A DNA stretch of 64,000 nt, from positions 2,080,001 to 2,144,000 of the forward strand of contig OZ242372.1 in NCBI GenBank assembly GCA_965209035.1. Reading direction: 5' to 3'. The position numbers and the translations under genes were made by a program. This document shows, in pieces, positions 10,118-23,489 of the stretch. The notes under the pieces are model-generated. The model was not told the DNA's origin and did no database searches. It saw only the letters and a program-made list of their open reading frames with translations. The first letter of the stretch is position 1. Each line of letters opens with the position of its first letter. The stretch is from Gammaproteobacteria bacterium (lineage in GTDB: Bacteria > Pseudomonadota > Gammaproteobacteria > CBDBNL01 > JAAOII01).

Positions 10118-10335
10118 CGGACTTGATGGATACCGGTTTTGAATTTTGCTGTTTTGCTGTTTTGTGGTGGCGAAACTTTCCATCGCTTACCCGCTTTCTT
10201 TTTATTTTGATCAAGAATTAAATACGAAACAGCAGAATTCACAATGCGCTGCCTTCCGCAGGATGCGTCTGCTATCCGGTTTAAGCCGGTGCCGAGCGAA
10301 TAATCAGTGCGGGTAGATTTTGGGAATATATCCGG

Positions 10336-10444
10336 ACTGGCTGGCTTGGGATCATCTTGAGCGTCCCCATTATGCTCACAAACAACTATCGTCGATCCGG
10401 TTTTTGCAAAAACAAAAAAATCCGGGAATGGGTGGGATCATGCA
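10336..10444 (+). mobile_element. IS481 right-end remnant upstream of giant lipoprotein gene
   Basis: tggctggcttgg…cgtccccattatgctc…ttttgcaaaaacaaaaaaatcc…aatgggtgggatcatgca matches the reverse complement of 11880-11990. Confidence 0.9.
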
Positions 10445-11741
10445 AAAACCGACATTCTTTAGTGTATAATATATATGTGTTTGGAAATATTGTTTATTTT
10501 TCGTATGATGGCGACCGATGATTGCGACCGGATGCCGCATTACGATTCTTACGCAAGGGATGTTCGTGTCTCTGTTTTTTATTTCCTTAAGAACATTTTT
10601 CACATTATTAAAACTACAAATATATAGGAGAAAATAATATGTATCATATACACCTCATCATTAGTAACCTGATTAATAATTCCATTAATCGGGTTCATTC
10701 AATTGGAAGTTCGGTTGCAAATGCGATTGCAAATACAATTGCAAATACAATTAGAATCTCAACTGTGATTAAAGGAAACATTAAAGGAAGCTGCGGGAAA
10801 GAAGCATCGTCTTTTGCCCGATGGCGAATAACACAGGTCCTGCCGGGTTCTTTAAATCTGCGCGCCTTTGGATTTGTGTCTGTTCTCTGCTTGGCATCGT
10901 TTCTCACGGCATGTGCGGTTTCCTCCGATAGTGGATCCGCTGCCCCCGCTCCCGACCCAAAGGATCCTCGCTCCGTATTTTCGCACGCGAGTTACAACCT
11001 GGTCGGTTGGGGGGAGACTACGACATCGGCTAATCAGGTCTTAGGAAAGGTGGTTCTGGAACCGAATGAGGTTCTCGCACTCTTGCCGGAAGGAGTGAGT
11101 TCGTATAATACTTCTTTTCAACTGGAAGGCAGTGAACTTGCCAATGAGTTTTTTGGGGTGAACGACGCGGGCGAGATCCGTTTCAAAGATGGAAATAGTT
11201 ATGGTCGCGAATTCCAATTGCACTATGTGGTTAATGTGTTAGAGGTTTCCGAGTTTGAAGTGGTGGCAAGGATCTCCTATACGAATGCCGCCGGTGAATC
11301 GGTTAATGTGGAACATCGTGTTACTATCAAGATTGCGGCTGTTGCAATCGATCCACAAATTACCAACTTTGTCCGGTTTGATGGCAAGGCTGACGAAACT
11401 GTACAAAATCAAACTAAAACATACGGGCTGAGTGGCACAATTCCTGAAAACAGTGATCCCGGGACACCTGTAAGCGGTACGGGTAATTTACTGACAGGTC
11501 TGGGAATTAGCACGGTGATTCCGGATGATGCGGAAGAGCAGGGATACCCTAGCGGATTCACGCCAACAATTTACTATCAACTGGCATCCGCTCCCGGCGA
11601 TACCTCTTGCATGGGCCGCTATTATGTGGACAATCAGAATAATCGCGCTCGGGTGCGTTCGGATATCGGCGATGCCTTGAATTACGAGGCGGAAGGACGC
11701 AACAACGCATGTGCTTTGCAAGCCTCCTTGAACGGAGTGGA

Positions 11742-12908
11742 TTATGAGAATGTAACGACCGGGGCCCTGTCAGCCGAAGATTTGGAAAATGTGGAGGAGC
11801 TTGTTGGTGCTGTGAGTTTCGGTGTTGATGCGTCTTGCACGAACAATGTTACGGCGGCAAAAGACTTGGAAACCTGTAGTGTATGATCCCACCCATTTCT
11901 GGACTTTTTTTGTTTTTGCAAAAACTGGATTGGCGAGAGTTGTTTGAGAGCATAATGGGGACGTTCCAGATTATACCAAGCCAACCACTCGATGAGTTTG
12001 GCGTTGAATGCTGGCATATCCTTAACCAAGAGATGCCGCATATGACAACCGAACTCTTCCCAGAGAGTGCGATTAAACCGTTCGCAGTGTGCATTCATTT
12101 GCGGTTTCCTTGGATAGGTATACCAGTGGGTGCTGCCGTTTGCGGTCACGACCCGGTGAAAGTCTTTGGCGAACTCACTGCCATTATCGGTGAGGACTTT
12201 TTCGATCCGAGTGCCGAGTATGTTTTGCATGGCGGTAAAGAGCTGGGCGGAACTGGCCGAAGCAGCCGAGGTGTCGACACTGACCAGTGAGAAGCGGGAA
12301 AATAGATCAATGCCGACATGCCAATAAAAGCGCCGGCCATCGACGATGCGGACGAGCGTATCAAAGGCAACACATTCACCTCTCCGGCCCGCAACAAAGC
12401 GGATGTCCTTGCGCTCGCGCGGAGCACCTTGCCGCAGGCGTTTCGGCACGGACCGCGATGGTTTGCACCGCATCTTATCCGGGTCATCGGCAATGATGCG
12501 AGAGAGCGTTGATTGGCTGGGCAGCGGCAGCCCGCGCTGCTGACACCATTCGGGTAACAAGCAGACCAGTTTACCGGCACCGATGTTCGGACGCTCTTGT
12601 CGCCAAGATCGGATCTTGGTAATCAGTGCCGGTGGCCAGGTGTTGGACCGCTTGGGCTGATACCCATAGTTGTTCGCCAGTTCATCGACCCCGCCTTCAC
12701 GGAAACGCCGCTGCCACTCGTAGAATGTAGCACGACTGATCCTGGCATGATCCAACGCGGCCGCGACACCATGTTTGCGCGCGAACGCTAAGGTGTCCAG
12801 TTTGATTTTGGTGGTTTTAGACATGTTTGAATATTTGTTTGCTAAAACCACCATTTTATTGAAACCGCGCACGCGATAACCAATGTAGTGTAAACGTGTT
12901 CCTCTCAT
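11742..12908 (-). CDS. IS481-family DDE transposase (start likely internal; ORF reads out past the IS end)
   Basis: HTH (ISRATFYEWQRRF), integrase core D (AFDT), D (TDNGSEF), E (PQMNAHCERFNRTL), YNxxRPH. Confidence 0.92.
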   Translation of the reverse strand: MRGTRLHYIGYRVRGFNKMVVLANKYSNMSKTTKIKLDTLAFARKHGVAAALDHARISRATFYEWQRRFREGGVDELANNYGYQPKRSNTWPPALITKIRSWRQERPNIGAGKLVCLLPEWCQQRGLPLPSQSTLSRIIADDPDKMRCKPSRSVPKRLRQGAPRERKDIRFVAGRRGECVAFDTLVRIVDGRRFYWHVGIDLFSRFSLVSVDTSAASASSAQLFTAMQNILGTRIEKVLTDNGSEFAKDFHRVVTANGSTHWYTYPRKPQMNAHCERFNRTLWEEFGCHMRHLLVKDMPAFNAKLIEWLAWYNLERPHYALKQLSPIQFLQKQKKSRNGWDHTLQVSKSFAAVTLFVQDASTPKLTAPTSSSTFSKSSADRAPVVTFS

Positions 12909-13183
12909 TTCAAATCACCTCCGCGGTGCAGCCGCTCTCGCACACCGTACCGTCTTGCCAGCGGATACACCTAGACAGTTTTATCAACAACAAGCCTCCG
13001 CTGTCTGCGGCGGTGAGAGCAAAACAGCTATCCATCTTTCTTGCCCGTTTCATTCATCTAGCTCCACATACCGGAGACCCGTTGCCGGATCTATTTTCGA
13101 CCCGTCCGACAGAACATCCGGCTGCTTGATCTGAGGACGCACAATACCAAACTCAGAGTCCAGAACCTTTATGAGATCATGCA
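11880..13183 (-). mobile_element. IS481-family insertion sequence, 1,304 bp, 5-bp target duplication TGTAG
   Basis: Imperfect terminal IRs tgtatgatcccacccatttctggact / agtccagaacctttatgagatcatgca; TGTAG at 11875-11879 and 13184-13188. Confidence 0.92.
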
Positions 13184-16100
13184 TGTAGTTATTATGCCGC
13201 TGTCAATATTGATTTAACCGATGTTAACGAAGCTCCCGTATTGACATTGACGGACAATAATAATGACGAAGTGAATAATGGCGCAACGCCCGAAGGGGAT
13301 GTGGGAACTGCGATTGCTCTTGCCGGGGAAGTGATTTCCGCGGAAGGCCCCGCCGATGCTGATGCGGATGACGCGGAGTTGGCGACAGTGAACTATACGG
13401 ATGTGGATGCTGCGGATAATCCGGCGGTATTGGGCTTGGACATGCCCAAGATTTCGGTCAGCCCGCTGTTGCCCGATGCGGATGCGGCGAACAATCTGTT
13501 TTACTTGGAGCCGGGTTCCGGTGCCGGTGAGGCGACATTAATGCTTAACAGTAGCGTATTATCGGCAGTAGATTTTGAGATACTCAATAAAAGCGGTTAC
13601 AGTGGCTATAGAGTGACTTTGGAGGCTGCGGACAATCGTTCGGCTGACCTGACGGCCGAGGCTTCTTTTATGCTTGAAGTGACGGATGTGATTTATAAGC
13701 CGGTGCTGTTTAAGTACCGGAGTGCTCGTGTTAACACGACGAGCGGCATCCAGAATCTCTTGCCGGGCTTCGCCCAGTTCATTGACAATGGAGGTCCGAT
13801 TCTTGGCACAGTCGATGCGATAGATCCCGAGAGCAACAGCAGTGATGGGATAGTGTACGAATACAACCCACCGCCTCCGGCGGGAGAGGGTCCGTTCAGT
13901 TTGAACCCGGTTATTTTGGAAACGCTCACTGCGGCTAGTGTCAATGTGTCCGCAGTTCGGGAATCAATCATTCCACAAATTGCGCCGAACTTTGACTTGA
14001 ATGCCAATGGCCGTCTCAGTATGCGCGGTTTGGGACTTCGCCCACTTTTGGATTATGCTTTGCAACCGGGAACTTTGCCTCCCGGAGTGAGTTTGCCTTC
14101 TGATCTTCTCTTTGATTTCACGATTAACCTGGCCGCTTACAATGAAGCGGCTGTGGTGCGGGATCCGACAAATGGGGCAACCTTGGCAATTAATACAAAA
14201 GTATCTTACGATAACACCCTAGGTTTTGGCGGTGAGCCGGCAGTTCGCTTCCCGAGCGGTCTGTATGCGGGTGCGGTTTCCGAGGGGGTGCCCGGCCGAG
14301 GCGAGCCCGGTCCGGGTGTTTCGGTGTTGGATGCTCGCGAACTTGCTTCGGGAACACAAACAGAGTTGCAGTTAGGTGCTTCGGGCGAGGATGCGACTCC
14401 GTTTTACGCGCTCATGCAGCCGGCGGACTTGACGGACTTAATCGAGAGCGATAGTATTGATGTGCCGGGACTTGACGAATTATTTGGTGGCAATAATCCG
14501 AGTATTGATTTGTCCGGGACGGATAACTTTGCCATCAGCAGTTCAACCGGTCAGTTGTACCTGGCAGATACAGTGACTGAAGGGTTGAATTTCGGTCTTC
14601 GTCCTTTTTACACCTTGTTAGTGCGGACAGCCGCGAGTGCGGATCCTGCCCTTCTGCCACTCAGCGACTATGCGGTCGTTCTGGTGACGGTACTGGATAC
14701 CAATGCGGCGCCCGAAATCATCGACTTGGAGGCTGTGCATGCCGATGTCACGGTCAATGCGAGTGCTCTGTCGGTGTCGGCGAATCTTCTCGAATCTGTA
14801 CCGCCCGGAACAGTGTTGGCACGATTCACTTTGATAGACGACAATCCGTTTGATCCTTCTCCGGGCTTATTGAATGTTGCGGGTGAGCCGAACTTTAGAG
14901 TGCAGTCCACAAATGCGGCCCCAGTGCGGGACGACACAACCGGGATCTTCAGTGCCCCCTATGAAGTGGTGTTGGCACAACCGTTGGATTATGAAAATGC
15001 AAGTGCTCGCGTGTTGTCGGAAGAGTATAACTTGACCGATGCCGGTAGTTATCGGTTCGATCTGCAGCGTTATATGTTGGATCCGAACGACGGATTGGTG
15101 CGATTAGGAACGGACACAGAAGTGGTGATGTTGGAAATCAATGCCGAAATCCAAAATGTGAATGAGCCGATTGAGTTGAGGGTGACCGCTACATCGGATA
15201 CGCCGGCACTGTCCGTCGAATCTCTGTCGAAAGTCTCCGTTGCCGAGTCCGCGGCGGCAGAAACTGTCGTAGCCTATGTGCATCTCATTGATCCGGAAGG
15301 TGAGGTGAATGCAACCAATGTCCCGACTCACGACTTGATGTTGCCCGATGCGTTGCAAGGGGCATTAAGATTAAGATTAGTCTTTGAGGATTCCGGTCCC
15401 TATTACCAATTGGAAGTTGCGGACGCGGCGATTCTGGAAAATGCCGGCGATGGCCGCACCTTTGGACTCACTGTGACAGTGACTGAAAATGCGACCGGCT
15501 TGGTGCCGGATCCGGTTTCGGTTTCCTTTGATTTGCAGATTACCAATGAAAATCAGGCTATTTTGGGTCTTGCAAGCATTGGTGTCACCTTGGACGACGC
15601 ATCCGTCAGCGAACAACAAGGATTGGATGCCGCCGGCAATTCGGATGCTCGGATTGTGGTTGACGGCTTGTTTAATTTGACAGACATTCATCCGGATTAT
15701 GACGAGACCTTTCCGGGAACGAGCATTCGCCTTGTGGATTTGAGTGCCGCAGTTCGGAGCATAGGTTATGCAACTGATGTTGCCGATGCTTTGGGAGAGG
15801 AAGGAAACTTTTCGTTGTTTGAATTGTCGGTGGCAGATGATGATGCCGGCACTGTGAGTTTGTTGCTCAAAGAAGGCAAGTTGATAGACCCCGCTTTGAT
15901 TGGAAACTCTTTGACCTTGAACTTGGAAGCGTTTGATCCCAATGGCGAATCGGCGGCGGGTATTGCGTCGGCGGATGTCGGCAGACTGACGGTGACAGTT
16001 GATCCGACAGACCCGGATGAGATCATTTTTGGAGATGCTCGCAATACCGATCCTCGCACACCGGCAGTCTATACTTTTGAATATACGCAGAGCAATTATG

Positions 16101-19100
16101 CGGAGGTGGTTGCCGGTGTAACCTCTTGCGATGGCAGAGACGCGGTCGCTGCGAATCTGACTGAGCGCATTGCCATTGACGGCAATTGCTATTCGACAAT
16201 TCAGATAGAAACAGCGGACGGCGAACGCCGATATGTGGTTGAACGTGACACTACAAACCAGCGTTACTACACAGGGGATGGTCCGAATGCGGTATTGAGT
16301 GCGGTTGAGACCCCCGGCAGTTTTGGCGTGATCTTCACGGATGCCATTATGAATGTATCCAATCTGGGTGTGTATCAAGTGAATGCCGACGGAGTTTTGG
16401 AAGAGGCGGCGGATGCCTTTGGCAAGTACTTTACACTGGTAGCGAACAACAGCTATTCGGTGAATTCTGACGGCAGTGCCGCCCGTCCGGCCCTGGTGAT
16501 TTCGCAGAATGTTCTTGCGGAATTGAATAGTTCGGGATTACCGAGTGGCGAGGAATATCTGTCCCTGGACACCTTGGATTTGAATATGGAAAACCAAATG
16601 CGGACTTTGAGTTACTTTGTGGTTGCCGGCGCGGAAGGCACCGACGGCAACAACGCCAGTCGCCGTGCGATTGCCCAAGTTAACTTTGAGGTGACGGTGG
16701 CGGGTCTGAATGAACCGGCTTTCTTGTCGGAATTGACGATTGGCGGTGTGTCGTTTTCAAATGATAGTGTAACAACAATCAGTGCAAATCAATTTGAGGA
16801 CGCGATTAATGCGCTAGCGAATATTTTAAGTTTTACGGTGGTGAACCCGGATGGCAACGGCACGAACAATGACGGTGAGAGCAAGCAAATTGTGGAAGTC
16901 CGGTTGGAAGTAACGCCTGCTCCCGGTGTTGCAGGCAGTCAGCTCTCTGTATCCAGTGGGGAAGCCCGTGGTACCCAATTAATTCGTTTGGGAGTTCAAT
17001 CGAATGATGATATTACCCAAGAGATAGCAGCGGGTGTCAGAGAAGAGGCTTTCTCTTCGCAGCCGTTTAGTTTGGCACGTAATGTGTGGGGTGAGGCGGT
17101 GATCAAAGCAACCATTAGCGAATACTTGGAGGAAAATGGAATTCGGGGTCAACAAATCAACATAGGAGCGGAACCGGAATTGTATAAAATTCGAGTGACG
17201 GAGCCGGTGAATAGTCCGCTGAGAGTGGACGCTGTGGAGTTGTTGGCGGGCGATGGGGCGCAAGGCTCGCCGGTGTTGGAAAATGAGGATAGTTTGACGG
17301 GCGGTGCGCTAACCTTTCGATTTAATGTGAGTGATGCGGATTTTACATTGCCGCGCAATCAAGTGTTGTCTGCTCCGGTCATCGGTATTGAGGGCACGAG
17401 TGTGGTTTTTGCCGGCGATAGTCCGGTGACGGCGATTACGGAAGCGGGGACGAACGGCCGGGCGACGGTGACCTACTCGGGCTTGGGGCACAACCCACAC
17501 TCGTATGGCACGACAGGCTTCTCGATCACTTTAACCGAGGGGGAACCACGCGGATTTTCGAACATACTTGCTGCTGTTTCCATAACAATGAGTTCTCAAT
17601 CCTTTGAAGTCACCCCGGAAAATGATGACCTCATTTCTTGTGCGGCTGATTCGCCGGATAGAGCCTTTTGTGAAGGTCGGGATAATACGCCCGCCACCTT
17701 TGTGCTGGCAACTGCTTTCGGTAATTCCGATGGAACCGCATTTGAAGCGGATCCCGGTGAAACCACCGCAAGCAGTACGACTGATCTGGTCATTTACCTG
17801 CAAGACGATGATTTGACATTTTCGGGAAGTGGCAGTGATGCCGGCTTGCCGAATGTGACTAACTTGGCTTCCCTGGCTTTTACTTCCGCCGAGTTGACTG
17901 CGCCGGAAAATTTGATCTCTGTCGGAATGCCGATAATTGTCGCAGAGGGAGACGAAGACGATGGCGGGATTAAGGTCACAGTGCCGGTGACAGTGACATT
18001 GACATCGGAGCAATATGAGACGATCAACCTCTTGGACGGTGGTGCCGGTGTTTCGTTTGCTCTTGCGTTTGAGGACGGCGGTGATAATAGTGTCACGCGT
18101 ACGGCTGAAGCAAGGATTAGTTTTGCGGTGAATACGACGGCCCTTGAAGTGACGCCGCTGACGGACTTGTCGGATGTTGTGACGGTATCGGAACATACGG
18201 CGAAGGATGCTTTACTGGCGGATTTCAATCTGACGGATAACGATATTCGGCGTAGCAATGGCGACACTTTGACTTACACGGTCACGGCGGCGCGAAGGGG
18301 TGTGGCCGCCGAGCGTGCTATTTTGGCCTGGTATGAAGAGACAGCAGGGTCTGTTTTGAGACAGGTGAGTTCGGAAACGCCGGCCGGTTTGGATTCGGAT
18401 ACGATAGTGCGTTCGCTGCGTTTTGCCACAAGTTTGAATGATACGGATGTCGGTGAGTACACGGTGACCTGGACGATTGCGGATGGCAAGAACCCCGTCA
18501 GCGGAGCGGTTCAACAAGGAACTTTTGAACTTAACATTACGGATGTTTATGAGGGGCCTGTTCTCTCCGTGAGTGCCCCCAATCGGCCGACAGGTGCCGG
18601 GGGTGTAACCGGAGAAGTAATGAACAGTTTGGCAGACCTGCTGGGAGCCGGCAGTGATTTTTCGGTGCAATGGGATCAATGGAATTTGCCGGCAGGTGCG
18701 GATGATTATAGTCTGAGACTGGATTATCGTTTGGAGGTGACCAACGATGTAACTGGTTTGAATAAACAAGATCCGTTGTATTTCACCTATCCGGCTGATC
18801 TCAGCGGAGAGGTCCCGGGCGAGCTGCTCCGGCGCACCGATTCGGCACTCACAGCGGCGATGGTGGGTGGTATTCGTAGTTTCCTAACGAGTGAGCTAAT
18901 GGATGCGGATGCGGATGCCGATGGTAGTGTGGCAGTGGGTTTGGCTGATCTTCAATTACATGCCAGCGATTATAACGAGGGGACGGTGCATACTCTGGCT
19001 GTGCGGCCTATGGTCATCACATCCGATGCAAGAGCGGGAGGCACAGAAGCCGTCGCCGTGAGCCTGGCGACCGTCACCTATACGGATGACTTTGATCCTG

Positions 19101-22100
19101 CGACTGTCAGCGAAATCACGATCAAGGGAGATGGAGGTGAAGGTGTGAACGGGACTTCTACTGAGACCAATGATCCGAGTAAGGTTGAAAATACCTTGTC
19201 TTTTCGCCTGCGAACGCCGGATATCTGGACGCGGGAAGAGATCACCGTTGGTAGATATATTGAAAGGATCAATGCAACCGGTGTCGCCGGCACGGGAGGT
19301 GTTGAGGGTTTGACTGCGTTTGCAACTTCCGAACTTCTCGGCGTGTATGTGGAAGCAGGCGCCGGTAACTTGTCGGAAACTACGAGCACGACTGATGAGA
19401 CCGAACCAGATCCGAGTGTTTCCAAGCCCATCATCTTTAATGTGTGGGTTGGCGACAGGCAGGTCAACACAGACTATGAAATTGATATTGTCCGCAAACT
19501 GACAGAGGACGGTTCGGATACGGATGTGGCAAGCATTTCGGTGTCGGCGGCGAATATTGAACGCACAGATGATGAACCTGTGCTGGTATCTGTTGAGGTA
19601 GAGCGTGTGAACTCACAATCATCGGCGTTCACAGTGCGTTACCTTGTGGAAGATCCTGATCTTCTGGAACATTCGGGCCATAATTTGACGGCACAATTCA
19701 TCGCTGCATCGGCTATTCAATTGTTTGAAGCGGGAACGGACACTGAGGGATGTACGATTTCGGTGAATAATGAAGTATTAGAGCGGGCCCCGGAAATTCC
19801 GGCAACCGAGATCCAACAAACCTTTAGCATTACTTTGAATGCGGCGACTTGCGATAACCCATTGCCGGACGGAGGCTATGATGTGGTGACCGACGGTAGA
19901 ATACAGTTTGCTTTGGAGAACTCTGAGGCTGATCTTGCTGTCAGTGACACCGGCACGATTGAAAATTTTGGCGATATACGTGAGACATTAAACTATGATG
20001 TGGATCAGCCCGGTATGTTCACGACACCGGGCGACCAACAAGATCTGATGTTTGACGAAGGAGCGAGCGGCAATATTTTGAGCAGTTTGCCCGATGGGAA
20101 TAGGTTCTGGACGATTACGGATTCCGACTTTGCAAATGACGGCACGGATAGTAATTATGAGTATACATTGGAGGTGACGCGCACATCGGGCGGACCCGCG
20201 GTAGACCCTCTCTTTGAGTGGGTGCGGGTCACTCCCGCAGGCGATCCGGGTGATGCGATTGCGTCGGGAATAGCGGTTGCAGAATCGGCGGCGAGTGGCA
20301 GCACGGCGATCAATCGGACCATCGCCTTTGCCCGGACGCCGGATGATGCGGATGTCGGCACCTATCGAGTGGTCGCGACCATCATGGATACGGGATCCCT
20401 GGGATCCGATGGCATGGCGACGAACACCTACACTGTGGAGATTCGCAATGTTTACGAGGCTCCCGTGGTTGTGGCGCAAGGTGCGAGCATTGAACGCACT
20501 GTGATTGTGACCGGCGATGATGTGACGACCGCGCTCAATGGTGCAACCATTGAGTGGGAAGATTGGAATCTGCCGACAGCAAGCGAGAAAAATGCGCGCA
20601 CCCTCACCGCCAATATTACAGTCACTGTGACGCCGTTAGTTGGCAACTCGGCTCGTAATCTTTTGACGGAAACACACCCGGACGATGCCACTTTTGCGGA
20701 TGTTCGGCGGGAATTGCTGAGCGGAGCGGGGGTGACCGCAACCGGCGGTGGCGGCGGTAGCACTTCCGGTGGTGTTGTGAATGCATATGCGGATTATGAG
20801 GTTTTATTGACAAGAAGTGGCAATCAAACCACTTTGCCGGTAGATCTGCTGCTGCATGCAAGCGATTACAATGAGAATACAAGACATGTGGTGACATTGG
20901 AAGTGGTGCCTCAAGTTGGCGGTGTTGAGCAAGACGGGGTAACAGAGGGCTTCCCGACGCATACGATCACCTACCCGGAAAACTTTGATCCGGTCACCGC
21001 CGAGAATTCCGGCTTTTTGGTGCCGGACACCCTGATCGAAAGTGAGCGTGTTCGAGGTTCGACTACTATGGCTCACAACACTCTGACTTTTTGGATGGTG
21101 ACGCCGGATATCTATACGAATGAGAGTTTGAGTCTCAGCGATGAGGATGCCTTAGAGAGATATGTTCAAGACATTGGAGTCGTGCCTTTTTATCTCCATC
21201 CAGAGTGGCGTGACCCGGACTTCGAACTTGCGGATAACGCACCGTCTAATGCCGACTTGCAAGGAGCGGAGGCCAGTTTCCCCCAAAGTTTTGATGTTTC
21301 CGGTGTGGCGAATCTGACAGTCAGGTTCGATCTGTTCATCGGTGATATTGCCGTGGGTGAAGATTCTTTGGGAGTGGAATATTCCGTATGCTCCGATGCA
21401 ACCTGCGGTTCACCAACCCTTGTTCCAGGTGCACTGCCGGGTCCGATACAAAGGAGAGAGGATGATGCTTTTATTTCTCGTCAATTAAATATTTTCACAC
21501 AGGACACCTCTGGCAGCAATGCGTTTAATATTGGTTCTGGCTTTGTAGATTATGATATTCTTGAAACCTTTGATGTCAGTGCCGGGAGCATCCCGAGTGA
21601 CATTCATTGGGATGTCACCTCCGGCAGTTTGAGCAATGTTAATTTTCTGGATGCGTCGGATGTTTCGGTGGTGGTGTGCACTGTGCCGGGAAGTTTTGCA
21701 CTTGATTCCTTGACCGGTCCGGACACTCCGATATTTGGCAGAATACCGTTTCCAGACGATGCTCATATTTTTGCGGGCTTATTCGGTAGCGTTTCACTCC
21801 CCGATGCGGGTGCCGGCATTATCTGTGACGACGGCAGTGTTCTTCCAAGCGGGGACTATCACTTGAATGGAACGCTCACGGTGGAAACTCAGTTGATTAA
21901 TATAACAAGCGGGGCACTGATTGGAGATGGGTTCGCGGATTCTGCGACAGCAGATGTGAGGTCAGCGAGGTTTACATACACCCGGCCTTACGATCTGGTG
22001 GCAAACAACTGTGTTCCGGAAGATCCCTCTTCTATTCCCGTCGAGTTCAGGGATTATCAATATATTTGTACCGAGACGAACTTGACCGAGGTGCGTGATA

Positions 22101-23432
22101 ACCGAGATGGTGATGGAAACATAGTTGGTAATTATGTGTTGACCGATAACATCACATTGACCGAAGACTGGATGCCTATCGGCGATGCCGATGCGCCGTT
22201 CACCGGTAACTTCCACGGCAACAACTTTGAGATTTCCAATCTGTCGGTCGCGGCTGAAGGTGCATATGAATATGCGGGCTTGTTTGGCTATATTAGGGGT
22301 AGTGAGAGTGATCCTGTGGAAATCAGTAATCTGAGCATTGTGGCACATCGTATTGTTGCCGATAATTTGGGAAGCGCTTATGCGGGTGTTCTTGCGGGTA
22401 GGAGTGAGAACAGCGACATTCGTGATGTGTATGTCAACCTTTCGGATGCGGAAGGGATGTCGGATCAGTTGTTGTTGAGTGCCGAAGCGTCCGGGGCTGA
22501 TGGTAATACTCCCGATGCGTTTGCCGGCGGTCTGATTGGTCATAGTATGGACAGCAGGATTACTCGCTCTTATGCTTATGTTGCCGGCAACCTGACGGTG
22601 TCTTCTCGGGAGGGGACTGATACTATCGGGGATATCCAAGTTACGGCAGGCGGTTTGGTTGGCAAGCTAATCGAGGGTTCTATTAACCATTCTTATGCGG
22701 TTGCGACAGGCGATATTGTGGTCAAGTTGCATAGAACCTCCGCTGCTAATGATGATAAAATTTTCGGGTTTGCCGGCGGATTGATAGGACGAACTGACGG
22801 GGGGCTGGTAAATACTTCTTATGCAATTGTAGGCGGTGAGGTTGTTACCGAGGCTGTGTCAACAACAGACACTGCTATAAGACTAAGACATACCCTGGCA
22901 GCCGGTGGCTTGATTGGAAGACATAGCAACGGTGCCGAAGTTGCGAATTCTTATACGATAGTTGAGGGCGGTGTTTATGTCAGAGCAGGTCGGATAACCG
23001 CTTCAAGGGGTGATGCGGGTGCTCTAGTGGGACATCTTACCGGCAGCGAATCAGAAATTTTGGATAGTTATGCGGTTGCAACTGGTGTTGCCAGTGAACA
23101 TGGACACAACGCCGCGGCTGGTGGTGTTGTTGGGTTTTTACCCCCATCCCCAGGTTTTGTCTTTGCCGACGTCGTAACCAATTCCTATTACAATTCTAAC
23201 TCTGTAATTACTGTGTTGGCGGGTAATGATTCTGATCTATCGACCGATAATGTGCGCATTGTGTCTGAGTTACGAGGAGGAAAAACCGGTACTACTTATG
23301 TAGGTTGGAGTGAGGATATTTGGAACTTCGGGACTGCTGCAGAATTGCCGATCTTGGTTGGTCTGCCGCCTTGTCCTAATAGGAGTCCTACGTTGAACTG
23401 TCGCTTGACTACTCGTTAGAAATATGTCGTTC

Positions 23433-23489
23433 CCTGTTTCTCGCGAACAATAACAATCAATCGTTTGTTGTTCTCGGGGAAACGGGGGG
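23433..23489 (+). terminator. Long imperfect hairpin after the giant lipoprotein gene
   Basis: ccctgtttctcgcgaacaa…ttgttctcggggaaacgggg inverted repeat 14 bp after the stop; no U-tract. Confidence 0.45.

Larger units (their letters stand above)
10639..23419 (+). pseudogene. Giant cadherin-like/GLUG surface lipoprotein (3,823 aa when reconstructed), interrupted by IS481; fragments 10639-11886 and 13189-23419
   Basis: RBS AGGAG; lipobox FLTA-C; removing the IS plus one TGTAG gives an in-frame join …LETCS-YYAAVNIDLTDVNEAPVLTLTD…; cadherin-like motifs DVNEAP, LDYE, DTNAAP, NVNEP; C-terminal AGGLIG repeats. Confidence 0.85.

Noticed and set aside
10240-10335. GC-rich intergenic stretch as tRNA/ncRNA/riboswitch
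   Set aside because: No cloverleaf or recognisable conserved motif; would need an Rfam search.
10455-10490. dif-like site (gtgtataatatatatgtg)
   Set aside because: Lacks the XerD arm TTATGTTAAAT; better explained as a -10 region.
13693-22639. Long antisense ORFs (e.g. 15377-16378, 6155-6874, 23524-24255)
   Set aside because: Shadow frames of real genes with no recognisable motifs.
13241-23419. 3,392-aa ORF as an independent gene
   Set aside because: TTG start with no signal peptide; it is the in-frame continuation of 10639 after IS removal.
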